Below are positions 1 through 8,973 of a DNA stretch of 32,000 bases, piece after piece. This DNA comes from Geotalea daltonii FRC-32. GTDB lineage: Bacteria; Desulfobacterota; Desulfuromonadia; Geobacterales; Geobacteraceae. Position numbers and translations under genes: made by a program. The notes beneath the pieces were generated by a model. It saw nothing but the letters and a program-made list of their open reading frames with translations, ran no database searches and was not told where the DNA came from. Each line of letters starts with the position of its first letter. Position 1 is the stretch's first letter. The stretch spans positions 2,880,001-2,912,000 of the forward strand of contig NC_011979.1 of assembly GCF_000022265.1 (NCBI RefSeq), in the 5' to 3' direction.

Positions 1-629
1 CAGGACTTCATCCGAGTCCGGTGCCCCATGCCGAATTTGTCACCACTACAACCCACAAGACTCTGCGCGGGCCCCGTGGCGGTATGATTCTCTGCCGTGA
101 GGAATTTGCCAAGGCACTCAATTCCAACATCTTCCCGGGGATCCAAGGCGGTCCCCTGATGCATGTCATTGCCGCCAAGGCGGTGGCATTCAAGGAGGCG
201 CTGTCTCCCGAGTTCAAGCAGTATCAGCAGCAGATAGTCAATAATGCCAAGGCACTGGCGGTAGCGCTGATGAAAAATGGATTCAAGCTCACCTCCGGCG
301 GTACCGACAATCACCTGATGCTGGTTGATCTGTCGGAGACACCGCTGACTGGCAAGGTGGCCGAGGAAGCCCTGGACAAGGCCGGAATTACCGTCAACAA
401 AAACGGCATCCCCTTCGATACCCGTTCTCCTTTTATTACCTCCGGTATCAGGATCGGTACCCCTGCTGCCACTACCCATGGCCTGAAGGAACCGGAGATG
501 GCGCAGGTGGCAGGTTTTATCGCCGATGCACTGGCCAATGTTGACAATGATGCTAAGCTGGCTGAAATAAAGGGACGGGTAAATACCATGATGAAGCAGT
601 TTCCCCTGTATTCCAGCAGACTCGCCTGA
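1..629 (+). CDS. glyA: Serine hydroxymethyltransferase, C-terminal part (5' end lies upstream of the window)
   Basis: The frame is open from position 3. The translation [27 protein letters not shown] carries the SHMT PLP-lysine motif. The GTG at 21 is only the ORF-caller start. Stop is TGA at 627-629. Confidence 0.95.
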   Translation, partial: GLHPSPVPHAEFVTTTTHKTLRGPRGGMILCREEFAKALNSNIFPGIQGGPLMHVIAAKAVAFKEALSPEFKQYQQQIVNNAKALAVALMKNGFKLTSGGTDNHLMLVDLSETPLTGKVAEEALDKAGITVNKNGIPFDTRSPFITSGIRIGTPAATTHGLKEPEMAQVAGFIADALANVDNDAKLAEIKGRVNTMMKQFPLYSSRLA

Positions 630-641
630 TAAAAACAACAA

Positions 642-672
642 AAAGGGGGAGTATCCTGCTCCCCCTTTCTTT
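642..672 (+). terminator. Rho-independent terminator after glyA
   Basis: Perfect 10-bp stem AAAGGGGGAG (642-651) / CTCCCCCTTT (659-668) with a 7-nt loop, followed by a T-rich tail. Confidence 0.8.
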
Positions 673-760
673 GTCTATTTGCTCTCCTTATTTTCTTTCT
701 TTTCAGCCTCGTTTTTTCTCAAAATATTCGTGCCTGCCATGCACCGGGTTGTTTTTCAGG

Positions 761-788
761 TTAACAGATGCAAAAGCTGTGGTATAAA
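761..788 (+). promoter_or_regulatory. Possible sigma70-type promoter for the 831-2000 gene
   Basis: TTAACA (761-766), 16-nt spacer, TATAAA (783-788), about 40 nt upstream of the preferred start codon. Confidence 0.35.
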
Positions 789-830
789 CAACTGTCTCAA
801 AGAGTTGCTTCTCATGCCAAGGAGGGGAGT

Positions 831-2000
831 ATGAAAAATCGCAGGCTTCTCATTCTCGTTATTAGTCTTTGCCTGATTCTCGACATCTCCTGCAGCATTG
901 CTGCAGACAAAAAAAATGCTAAAAAGAGCGCGTTCATTACCCATGGTGAATTTGTCACCGATCTTGTTACAGCGATGGGATGGGACGCAGGTTTGCCCCT
1001 TAAGCCCAGGGAAAAGGATTACCTGGCCATCCTGTCTGGAAAGAGGTTCTTCAAGTTTGAAGCGGAAAAGTACTATGCAGCCCAAACCGACAATGTATCT
1101 GTCCGCAACTATGCCCTGTTAGGCCCTTTTTCCGGGAGCGGATGGGTGAGTGGTATTGCCTCGCCGACTACCGCTCATTTCAAGGTCTTGCTTCCCATTG
1201 GCGGCATTTATTCTCTAACCGTTGCAGCCAAAGGGGACGGCCAGAAATGGCAGGTAGGCGGCAAGGAGTTCACGGTCAGTACCGGCTCAAAAATCGCCGA
1301 GGCAAAGGTTGCCGACATTTCGCTGAATGCAGGCTTCCAGGAGATCAATGTAGTTCTTCCTCCCGACGGTGCTGTCGATTATTTTATCCTCGATGCTCCG
1401 ACACTGCGAGCCATTGCTCCCATTGACGGCTGGGAGACCAAATCCGTCTTCAATCATGGGGACCTGGCAGAGGTTACAGTTGCCTTGCTCGGCCTTGAGA
1501 GCAACCTGCCCGACGACGGCAAGCCCATCGTTTTCCCTGTAGCTGATGTGGCAGAGCTGCCAGTATCGGCCAAGATCACCACCGTCGATTATCTTGGCAA
1601 ACCGCTGGCCCCCAAATGGGTGCGTGCCGATTATCGCGGAGCCCAGCTGGAAGTGCCCTTCACTGTGGATAAGGATGGCGCCTACAGAATAAGGGTAAGA
1701 GCTCTTGGAGATACCATTTCTGCCGAGGTGGATTCCGACAAGGTAAAAGGAAACGGCAAGCCCTATCTGGAATGGGTAGACCTGGGACTTTTCCGTCTCG
1801 ACCAAGGCAGTCACAAGTTGCTGATAAACCTGAAAACCAACCAGGGAGTGGATGTGGTCGAAATAGCCGGGAAAAAATCTTCACCGGCTGAGTACATGGC
1901 AGTATCCGCCATAAAGGGCGAACCTGATGCTCCTGTAAAGAGGACTGACCTGGATAAAATCCTTGCTTCTCTGGTGGACCGTTTCAAGGAGAGAAAATAA
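831..2000 (+). CDS. Secreted hypothetical protein with two CBM-like beta-sandwich repeats
   Basis: The ORF track gives 768-2000. ATG 831 is preferred because it follows the RBS AAGGAGGGG and yields a classical signal peptide, MKNRRLLILVISLCLILDISCSIAADKK. Two internally similar ~85-aa segments are present. No family was recognised. Confidence 0.7.
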   Translation: MKNRRLLILVISLCLILDISCSIAADKKNAKKSAFITHGEFVTDLVTAMGWDAGLPLKPREKDYLAILSGKRFFKFEAEKYYAAQTDNVSVRNYALLGPFSGSGWVSGIASPTTAHFKVLLPIGGIYSLTVAAKGDGQKWQVGGKEFTVSTGSKIAEAKVADISLNAGFQEINVVLPPDGAVDYFILDAPTLRAIAPIDGWETKSVFNHGDLAEVTVALLGLESNLPDDGKPIVFPVADVAELPVSAKITTVDYLGKPLAPKWVRADYRGAQLEVPFTVDKDGAYRIRVRALGDTISAEVDSDKVKGNGKPYLEWVDLGLFRLDQGSHKLLINLKTNQGVDVVEIAGKKSSPAEYMAVSAIKGEPDAPVKRTDLDKILASLVDRFKERK

Positions 2001-2003
2001 AAG

Positions 2004-4415
2004 GTGCAGGGGGTGAAAGGAAGACCACTTTTCATTCCCCTTGCCTCCATTATTGCCGGCATTCTGTCGGCAGGTCTTTACTCTTTATTTGTCCCGCAAG
2101 GAATCCTGCTACCCCTTCTGCTTTTATCCCTTTTTGCCGTCTTTCTGCCGAAAAAGTACCCATATCTCCTGACCATTTCTCTTCTGTTCTTTTGCTGGGG
2201 GAATCTTTCCCTAAAAGACCTGCTGCACCCTGACTTTCAAAAAAATCATATTGCCAGGTTTGTTTCCGATGAACCTGTGACTCTGGAAGGTGTCGTTGAC
2301 AGCCGTCCGGAGGCCAGGGCAGCGGGATCACGGCTCCACCTTGAGGCTGAGCGCCTGTATCGGGCTGGTGGTTCCGTTCCAGTGACCGGCAGGGTTTTGT
2401 TGTATGTGGGGGAGGGGCGTCCTGATGTATTCACAGGAGACCGGGTAAGAGTTGTTTCACGTCTCCATAGACCCCGGAATTATGGCTTGCCGGGCGAATT
2501 CAATTTTGTTCGCAACCTTGCCCTGAAAGGTATCTTTGCCACCGCATTCGCAAGCCGTGCCGACGATGTGGTGCTGGTCATGGCCAATGTCAGCCATCCG
2601 CTGCAGCGTTTCATCGATCAAACGGCAGCGGGCATGGGCAGTTTTATCGTTAAGGCCGTGCCCTCGGTAGAAGGTGGCATTCTCAGAGCTCTTCTCATTG
2701 GGGAGCGAGGCTATACTCCACCATATATTGAGACTGCCTATGCCAATACCGGGGTCAATCACATCCTGTCAATCTCAGGTTTTCACGTGGGAATCATCGC
2801 CCTGTTTGTATTTCACCTCCTGTTGGGCGTTTGTCGAAACTTCCAATGTTTAACCCTCAATTTTAATCTGCGCAAAAGCCTCCTTATCATTACCCTGCCT
2901 CTCATTATCTTTTATCTGTTGCTCTCCGGGACGGCCCCGGCAACTGCCCGCTCCGTTATTATGATAGCCGCATTTGTTTTTGCCCTCGCTGTCGAGCGTG
3001 AGGTGGAGCCGGTGAACAGTCTGCTGCTGGCCGCAATGGTTATTCTTGCCGTTACGCCAGGCGCTCTTTTCGATATTTCCTTTCAATTGTCATTTGTCGC
3101 CCTGTGGGGAATCATCATTCTAACCCCCATTTTCATGCTGCCTTTTGCTAGATTTGCCAGCGGCACGATTTCGTATAAACTGCTGCTCTTTCTGATGGCT
3201 TCACTTGCTGCCATCACTGGGACCCTTTTTCCTGTGGCATTTTATTTTCATCGGGTTTCATTCACCGGTCTTATCAGCAACCTGATTGTGGTGCCGCTCA
3301 TGGGCTATGGTGCTGTCGTACTGGGTTTTATGGCACTTCCGTTCATTTTCCTTTTCCCCTTTGTTGCGAGAATGCTGCTTGTTGCTGCCGCGTTTCCGGT
3401 TAAAATAGCCAACTCCTTCGTTCTGCTGGTTTCAAATATTCCAGCGTTGCCCCTTTTAAATCCAGATTACTTCGATCTTTTTTTATTCTATCTCCTGCTT
3501 CTGGTGCTGACCTTTGTCTCCTCAAGAAAATTCCAGATTGCCTTTTGCATTGTCACTACTGTTGCCATTGCCGGTAACGCTTTGTTTTTCAAGGGGCCGG
3601 ATAAGGGGCTCCTGCAGATAACCTTTTTCAGCCTGGGCCAGGGAGAATCCACGTTGATATCATTTCCCGGTGGCAAAACAATGCTGATAGACGGAGGCGG
3701 TTCTGCCCGCGAGGGGGGAATCAACGTGGGCGAAAGATTGCTGGCGCCTGCACTGTGGGCACTGGGTGTCACGACCGTAGATTACATGGTGTTGACCCAC
3801 GCCCACCCAGACCATATTCAAGGACTTCTTTACATTGCCGATAATTTTAAGGTGGGAGAATTCTGGGAGAACAGGCCGGCAATGGACGATAGCGAGAACT
3901 ACCGCAATCTCAGGGCAATTATCGATAAGCGAAAGATCCCGGTTCGCGAGATCCATGCATCGGACCACCAGGTGGACATAGGAGGTGCGAGGCTTGAGTT
4001 TTTGTGGCCAGAAGCTGACAATAGCAACCAGTACCCCGATTTGAACCAGAGATCGCTGGTCTTTCGTCTCGTGTATGGAAAGGGAGCGGTTCTGTTTACC
4101 GGTGATATCGGCATGGAAGTGGAGAAGCGACTATTTGCCCATAAGGGTCAGCAGAGCAACGTTCTTAAGGTCCCCCATCATGGGAGCAGATATTCATCTT
4201 CCCCTGAATTTCTTCACTGGGCTTCCCCGGAAATTGCCCTGATCTCCGCCGGCTATGGCAACAGCTTTCACCTTCCCGCCGAACAGACGCTGGCGAGGTT
4301 GAAGGAGAAGCATGTGGAGGTATACAGAACCGACCTGAACGGGACTATCCGTCTCACATATGACAAAGGTAAAGGAAAGTTTATCGCCCATAGGCAAAAC
4401 TGGCATTTTAATTGA
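2004..4415 (+). CDS. comEC: DNA internalisation competence protein ComEC/Rec2 (polytopic membrane domain plus C-terminal metallo-beta-lactamase domain)
   Basis: 803 aa with a GTG start 4 nt after the upstream stop. Many TM helices are present, including the competence-domain segment GVNHILSISGFHVGI. The C-terminal MBL motif is LTHAHPDHIQG ... VPHHGS. Confidence 0.9.
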   Translation: MQGVKGRPLFIPLASIIAGILSAGLYSLFVPQGILLPLLLLSLFAVFLPKKYPYLLTISLLFFCWGNLSLKDLLHPDFQKNHIARFVSDEPVTLEGVVDSRPEARAAGSRLHLEAERLYRAGGSVPVTGRVLLYVGEGRPDVFTGDRVRVVSRLHRPRNYGLPGEFNFVRNLALKGIFATAFASRADDVVLVMANVSHPLQRFIDQTAAGMGSFIVKAVPSVEGGILRALLIGERGYTPPYIETAYANTGVNHILSISGFHVGIIALFVFHLLLGVCRNFQCLTLNFNLRKSLLIITLPLIIFYLLLSGTAPATARSVIMIAAFVFALAVEREVEPVNSLLLAAMVILAVTPGALFDISFQLSFVALWGIIILTPIFMLPFARFASGTISYKLLLFLMASLAAITGTLFPVAFYFHRVSFTGLISNLIVVPLMGYGAVVLGFMALPFIFLFPFVARMLLVAAAFPVKIANSFVLLVSNIPALPLLNPDYFDLFLFYLLLLVLTFVSSRKFQIAFCIVTTVAIAGNALFFKGPDKGLLQITFFSLGQGESTLISFPGGKTMLIDGGGSAREGGINVGERLLAPALWALGVTTVDYMVLTHAHPDHIQGLLYIADNFKVGEFWENRPAMDDSENYRNLRAIIDKRKIPVREIHASDHQVDIGGARLEFLWPEADNSNQYPDLNQRSLVFRLVYGKGAVLFTGDIGMEVEKRLFAHKGQQSNVLKVPHHGSRYSSSPEFLHWASPEIALISAGYGNSFHLPAEQTLARLKEKHVEVYRTDLNGTIRLTYDKGKGKFIAHRQNWHFN

Positions 4416-4494
4416 CAGAATTCCGATTTATCTGTTAGTTTGGGTCCACAATCGCCTGGATGCCCAATAAAGACCGACTCAGGAGATATTCCTC

Positions 4495-5877
4495 ATGGAG
4501 AGGATTCTAGTAGTAGAAGACGACAGTTTCTTCAGGGAGGTATTTGCCGATCTGCTGCGGGATGACGGCTTTGCTGTCGATGTGGCTTGTTCCGGAGAGA
4601 AAGCCCTGGAAATGTTGCGTAGCAGCGAATATGCGTTGGTCGTCACCGATCTGGTAATGCCCGATATAACCGGACTTGATCTCCTGTCCAAGGTAAAGCA
4701 GTTTGATCCCTCCATAGATGTAATTCTGGTCACCGGCCACGCCAACACGGAGACCGCAGTGTTTGCCCTGAAAAACGGTGCCCGTGACTATCTTGTCAAG
4801 CCCATAAACAGCGAGGAATTCAAGCATGCGGTCGCACTCTGTTTCGAGCAGAGGAGGCTTCTTGATGAAAATCAGGAACTGAAAGGACTGCTGAACCTTT
4901 TTCAAATAAGTCAGACCATAGCCAATTCTCTTGATTTCGACCGCATTCACACAATACTTGTCGATTCACTGGCCAAAGAATTTGGTCTCAGTCGCTTAAC
5001 CGGCTACTTCCAGAATGATGACGGTACGCTGGAGTTAAAAGAGATAAAAGGGTTCGACGAGGAAACCGCTTCTTCCCTTGGGGAGCTCATATTCGATATT
5101 TTCGATGTTCGCGAAGAGGATAATAGAAGCTTTGTCCTGCTTAATGATCTCGAGCAGCGGTCCCGATTCTTTGCAGAACACTCCGTTACCGAAGCAATGC
5201 TGTTTTTCGTCAGGGCAAAAACAGCACTTCTTGGCATCATAATAGTTTTCAACGAATCGCAAAGCGTTTTTCCGGCCCATTTGGATTTCAAAAACATAAA
5301 TTTCCTGCTTGATCAGGCATCCCTTGCCCTGGAAAATGCGTCCCGTTACAACAATGCCAAGAATCTTCTCTACATCGACGAACTGACTGGGCTCTTCAAT
5401 TACCGTTACCTGGATGTAGCCCTCGAAAGAGAAGTCAGGCGCGCTGAGCGTTATTCTTCCAACATATCCATCATCTTTCTTGACATAGATCTCTTCAAGC
5501 GAATAAACGATCAGTACGGACACCTTGTGGGAAGCAAGGCCCTGGCCGAAGTGGGGCTGTTGCTGAAAAAATCGGTGCGTGACGTGGACACGGTAATCCG
5601 CTACGGGGGGGACGAATATACGATAATACTCATCGAAACCGGAATAGACGGGGCTTCCGTAGTTGCTGAACGTATCCGCAGCACCATTGAGGGTCATGTC
5701 TTCATTCAAAGTGAAGGTCTTGACATAAAACTTACCGCCAGTCTTGGCTGTGCCAGCTACCCGGAAGATGCATGTACCAAACTGGAGCTTCTCGAACTGG
5801 CTGACCAGGCAATGTATCGAAGCAAGGCCTGCGGGAAAAACATGGTCTTTCACATATCTGCATATAAAAAGCAATGA
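4495..5877 (+). CDS. Response regulator REC-GAF-GGDEF nucleotide cyclase (candidate Hypr GGDEF / cGAMP synthase)
   Basis: The N-terminal receiver is ILVVEDD...VVTDLVMPD...KP. The central region is GAF-like. The C-terminal GGDEF domain has ELTGLFNYRYL, INDQYGHLVGS, an I-site RDVD and the signature RYGGDEY. Confidence 0.9.
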   Translation: MERILVVEDDSFFREVFADLLRDDGFAVDVACSGEKALEMLRSSEYALVVTDLVMPDITGLDLLSKVKQFDPSIDVILVTGHANTETAVFALKNGARDYLVKPINSEEFKHAVALCFEQRRLLDENQELKGLLNLFQISQTIANSLDFDRIHTILVDSLAKEFGLSRLTGYFQNDDGTLELKEIKGFDEETASSLGELIFDIFDVREEDNRSFVLLNDLEQRSRFFAEHSVTEAMLFFVRAKTALLGIIIVFNESQSVFPAHLDFKNINFLLDQASLALENASRYNNAKNLLYIDELTGLFNYRYLDVALEREVRRAERYSSNISIIFLDIDLFKRINDQYGHLVGSKALAEVGLLLKKSVRDVDTVIRYGGDEYTIILIETGIDGASVVAERIRSTIEGHVFIQSEGLDIKLTASLGCASYPEDACTKLELLELADQAMYRSKACGKNMVFHISAYKKQ

Positions 5878-5895
5878 ACGAGGAGATAAACAGGC

Positions 5896-7143
5896 GTGAG
5901 CATTACCGGTATCAAGGGTTTTAACGATATACTTCCCGGAGAGGTTGAAAAGTGGCAGCATATTGAGGCAGCGGCAAGGAGGATTTTCGGGCTGTATGGA
6001 TTCTCTGAGATCAGGGTGCCGATTCTGGAAAAGACAGAGCTTTTCTGCCGTTCCATTGGCGACTCTACCGATATTGTCGAAAAAGAGATGTACTCCTTTG
6101 TCGACAAGGGAGAGAACAAGGTTACCATGCGCCCCGAGGGCACGGCCAGCATCATGCGCGCCTTCATCGAACACAAGCTTTATGTGGCTGATCCGGTTGC
6201 CAAACTCTATTACATGGGTCCCATGTTCCGTTATGAACGGCCCCAAAAGGGGCGTTACCGCCAGTTTCACCAGATCGGTGCCGAGGTGACAGGGATAGCC
6301 GATCCCAAGGTCGATGCCCAGGTACTGACCATGCTTTGTCACTTTTTTGCCGAGCTGGGCCTGACCGAGCCCCATCTGCAGATCAATTCCCTTGGTTGTC
6401 CCGAGTGCAGGCCGAAATATCGTCAAGTCCTCAAGGATTTCCTCAAGAGCAGGATCGGCAAGCTGTGTGATGATTGCCGGAGAAGGATCGACACCAATCC
6501 CCTCCGGGCGCTCGATTGCAAAGCCGCCGGCTGCAAGGAGGCCACAGAAGGCGCGCCCTCTGTTCTTGATTATCTGTGTCATGACTGCAATGATCATTTT
6601 GCCAAAACCAGGTGCCACCTGGAATCGGTGGGCACGTCATACAGCATAAATACCCGCATGGTCCGTGGCCTTGATTACTATACCCGCACTACCTTCGAGC
6701 TTGTCACCGGCCTTTTAGGCTCACAGAGTGCTGTTGCAGCCGGGGGCCGTTATGATGGCCTCATATCAGATCTTGGTGGGCCATCGCTTCCAGGCATCGG
6801 TTTTGCCATGGGAGTCGAGAGGGTTGCTCTGCTTTTGGCAGAAAAAGATTTCCGCAAACGCCCGGATTTCTTCATAGCAGCCCTTGGCGAAACAGCACAG
6901 GAGGAAGCCTTCAGGCTTATGTCAGGACTGCAGCAGAAGGGCTGCTCAGTGGAAATGGACTTTGCCGGAAAAAGCCTGAAAAGCCAGATGCGGCGAGCCG
7001 ACAAATTCAACGCCCACTTTACCCTGATCCTGGGTGAAGACGAGCTGGTTAAGGGTACTGCTGCCCTGAAGAACATGGATTCGGGCACTCAGACCGATGT
7101 CAGATTGAATGTGGACGTGCTCTGCAAGGCAGTGGCCTCCTGA
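5896..7143 (+). CDS. hisS: Histidine--tRNA ligase
   Basis: GTG start. Class II aaRS motifs are present: FRYERPQKGRYRQFHQ (motif 2) and GGRYDGL / GFAMGVERV (motif 3), plus a C-terminal anticodon-binding domain. Confidence 0.95.
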   Translation: MSITGIKGFNDILPGEVEKWQHIEAAARRIFGLYGFSEIRVPILEKTELFCRSIGDSTDIVEKEMYSFVDKGENKVTMRPEGTASIMRAFIEHKLYVADPVAKLYYMGPMFRYERPQKGRYRQFHQIGAEVTGIADPKVDAQVLTMLCHFFAELGLTEPHLQINSLGCPECRPKYRQVLKDFLKSRIGKLCDDCRRRIDTNPLRALDCKAAGCKEATEGAPSVLDYLCHDCNDHFAKTRCHLESVGTSYSINTRMVRGLDYYTRTTFELVTGLLGSQSAVAAGGRYDGLISDLGGPSLPGIGFAMGVERVALLLAEKDFRKRPDFFIAALGETAQEEAFRLMSGLQQKGCSVEMDFAGKSLKSQMRRADKFNAHFTLILGEDELVKGTAALKNMDSGTQTDVRLNVDVLCKAVAS

Positions 7144-7166
7144 TCCCTTCATTTTTAATTTAAGGC

Positions 7167-7207
7167 ACCGCCTGACTGGTATGCTTTATCAGCAGGCGGT
7201 TTTGTTT
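7167..7207 (+). terminator. Rho-independent terminator after hisS
   Basis: Stem ACCGCCTG (7167-7174) / CAGGCGGT (7193-7200), extendable with one bulge, followed by TTTGTTT. Confidence 0.7.
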
Positions 7208-7217
7208 ATAAGGTCCA

Positions 7218-7991
7218 ATGGACAATGTATTCGAACATAAGCTGCGGGTCCGCTACTACGAAGTGGATTGCAAAGACTCGATCAAGCCGGCCGCCATTTT
7301 CAATTTTATGCAGGACGCGGCAGCTTCCCATGTGAGACAGTTGGGCTTATCCGTTGCCGATCTCGGTAAAAAGAACCTGACCTGGGTCATCTCCCGTTTT
7401 CATCTGCGCCTGTTGCACTACCCTCGAGGAAATGACAGGATCACCATTCACACCTGGCCCTCCACCAAGGACGGACTGTTTTCATGCAGGGAATACACAA
7501 TCAGGGATGAAAATGGAAAAGTCATTGCCCTGGCCACCAGTTCCTGGGCCGCCGTCAATATTACCACCCGCCGGCCGGTGCGCCTAAAGGACCATCTCCG
7601 CGACTTTCCGCTTAAGTCAGAGCGGGCAATTGAAGATGATTTCCCCTCTTTACCCCGTCCGGGCAGGATCGATGGCGAGCAGCGTTTCCAGGTACGCCGT
7701 AGCGATCTGGACATCAATCGACATGTTAATAATGCCGTTTATGTGGACTGGGCGTTGGAAACTGTGCCGTTGAGCATTGCCGAAAAATACAGGCTGGCAG
7801 AAATCGAAGTTAGCTTTCGCGGAGAAGCATTGTACGGGGACAATGTGGTGTGCAGCTGCGAAGTTTTTCCGGTTTCGGCCGAAGAAGTTGAGTGTCTGCA
7901 TCAACTGGTGAATGAAATTGACGGCAAAGAACTGACACGCTTCCGTTCCTTCTGGCGGCTGTTGGTTGACGGACAAAAGGCAGCGGCCTGA
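7218..7991 (+). CDS. Acyl-ACP thioesterase family protein (double hot-dog fold)
   Basis: 257 aa. The sequence HKLRVRYYEVDCKDSIKPAAIFNFMQDAA...LTWVISRFHL...DLDINRHVNNAVY is typical of the FatA/FatB-like bacterial acyl-ACP thioesterase family. Confidence 0.85.
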   Translation: MDNVFEHKLRVRYYEVDCKDSIKPAAIFNFMQDAAASHVRQLGLSVADLGKKNLTWVISRFHLRLLHYPRGNDRITIHTWPSTKDGLFSCREYTIRDENGKVIALATSSWAAVNITTRRPVRLKDHLRDFPLKSERAIEDDFPSLPRPGRIDGEQRFQVRRSDLDINRHVNNAVYVDWALETVPLSIAEKYRLAEIEVSFRGEALYGDNVVCSCEVFPVSAEEVECLHQLVNEIDGKELTRFRSFWRLLVDGQKAAA

Positions 7992-8009
7992 AAAGCGGAG
8001 GATATCTAC

Positions 8010-8954
8010 TTGGCAAAAAAGAAGGGGAAAGGGACAAATAGACGCAAGAGTTCAGGGGGCAAATACCGGCAACTGGTTACGCTCCTGGCTGTAATAGTTT
8101 TGATAGCGTTGGCTTTTTTCCTATTGGAACAGTCCAGGCATACCTTGCCTGGAAAACAGGAAAGGCAGGGGAGCGTTGAACGACAGAAAATGCCTGCTCG
8201 TCCTGCGGCGAAACCCGGGAAGCATGATATCTATACTGCAGCCAAGGCGAGACCCGTTCCACAGGCAAGGACGAGGCCGCACCTGACCGGTCCCGGCACC
8301 GTTGCCATCATTATCGACGATATGGGACGCAGCACCAGAGAAGCCGATTCTTTACTGGCAATCAACCTGCCAATTACCTTCGCCATTATTCCCGGATATG
8401 CCAAGGCAAGGGCTGTCGCCGAAATTGCCCATGGCAGGGGAGGGGAGGTCATGGTCCACATTCCCATGGAGCCACAGGGATACCCGGAGAAAAAGATGGA
8501 AAAAAATGGCCTGCTGCTTGGGGAGAGTAATGAACAGATAGCCTCCAAGGTGAAGGGGTATCTGCAGGAAATTCCTTATGCGGTCGGCGCCAATAACCAT
8601 ATGGGGTCTCGTTTTACCGAGAGCGAAGAAAAGATGCAGCCTGTGCTGCAGATCCTGCAGGAAAAAGGCTTGTTCTTTGTCGACAGCATGACATCCCCCA
8701 AATCGGCAGGATTCCGCCTCGCCAGAAAGATGGGACTTAAATCGGGGACCAGGCAGGTGTTTCTCGATAACGTGCAGAATGTGCAGGCGATCAATGCCCA
8801 GTTGCAACAGGTGGCAGATGCCGCCAGGAGGAGGGGCAGTGCCATTGCCATTTGTCATCCTCACCGGACCACCATTCAGGCACTGTCAGGGATGATGCCC
8901 CAGTTGAAAAAACAGGGAATCACCTTCGTTTATGCGTCACAAATTGTCAGCTGA
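8010..8954 (+). CDS. Divergent polysaccharide deacetylase (YibQ/DUF610 family), N-terminally membrane anchored
   Basis: TTG start 8 nt after GGAGG. One TM helix is followed by VAIIIDDMG, LPITFAIIPG, HIPMEP and NNHMGSRFT, which are YibQ-family hallmarks. Confidence 0.85.
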   Translation: MAKKKGKGTNRRKSSGGKYRQLVTLLAVIVLIALAFFLLEQSRHTLPGKQERQGSVERQKMPARPAAKPGKHDIYTAAKARPVPQARTRPHLTGPGTVAIIIDDMGRSTREADSLLAINLPITFAIIPGYAKARAVAEIAHGRGGEVMVHIPMEPQGYPEKKMEKNGLLLGESNEQIASKVKGYLQEIPYAVGANNHMGSRFTESEEKMQPVLQILQEKGLFFVDSMTSPKSAGFRLARKMGLKSGTRQVFLDNVQNVQAINAQLQQVADAARRRGSAIAICHPHRTTIQALSGMMPQLKKQGITFVYASQIVS

Positions 8955-8973
8955 CCTTTCCTTCCTTATTCGT

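Noticed and set aside
5605-5619. GGDEY read as a degenerate, inactive GGDEF site
   Set aside because: The Phe-to-Tyr change is conservative. Both catalytic acidic residues, the preceding RY, the metal-binding LDIDLFK region and the I-site are intact, so there is no sequence reason to call the domain inactive. It needs experimental confirmation.
5035-6618. A 527-aa ORF on the minus strand spanning the 3' half of the GGDEF gene, the intergenic gap and the first 720 nt of hisS
   Set aside because: Its codons are exactly in register with, and complementary to, the + strand codons; both + genes start at positions congruent to 1 mod 3. In that register, antisense stops arise only from sense TTA/CTA/TCA codons, which these genes largely avoid. 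Long shadow ORFs are therefore expected. Both sense genes have unmistakable family motifs, and the antisense product has no recognisable motif, RBS or promoter. It is notable only as a curiosity for antisense-coding ideas about class II aaRS genes.
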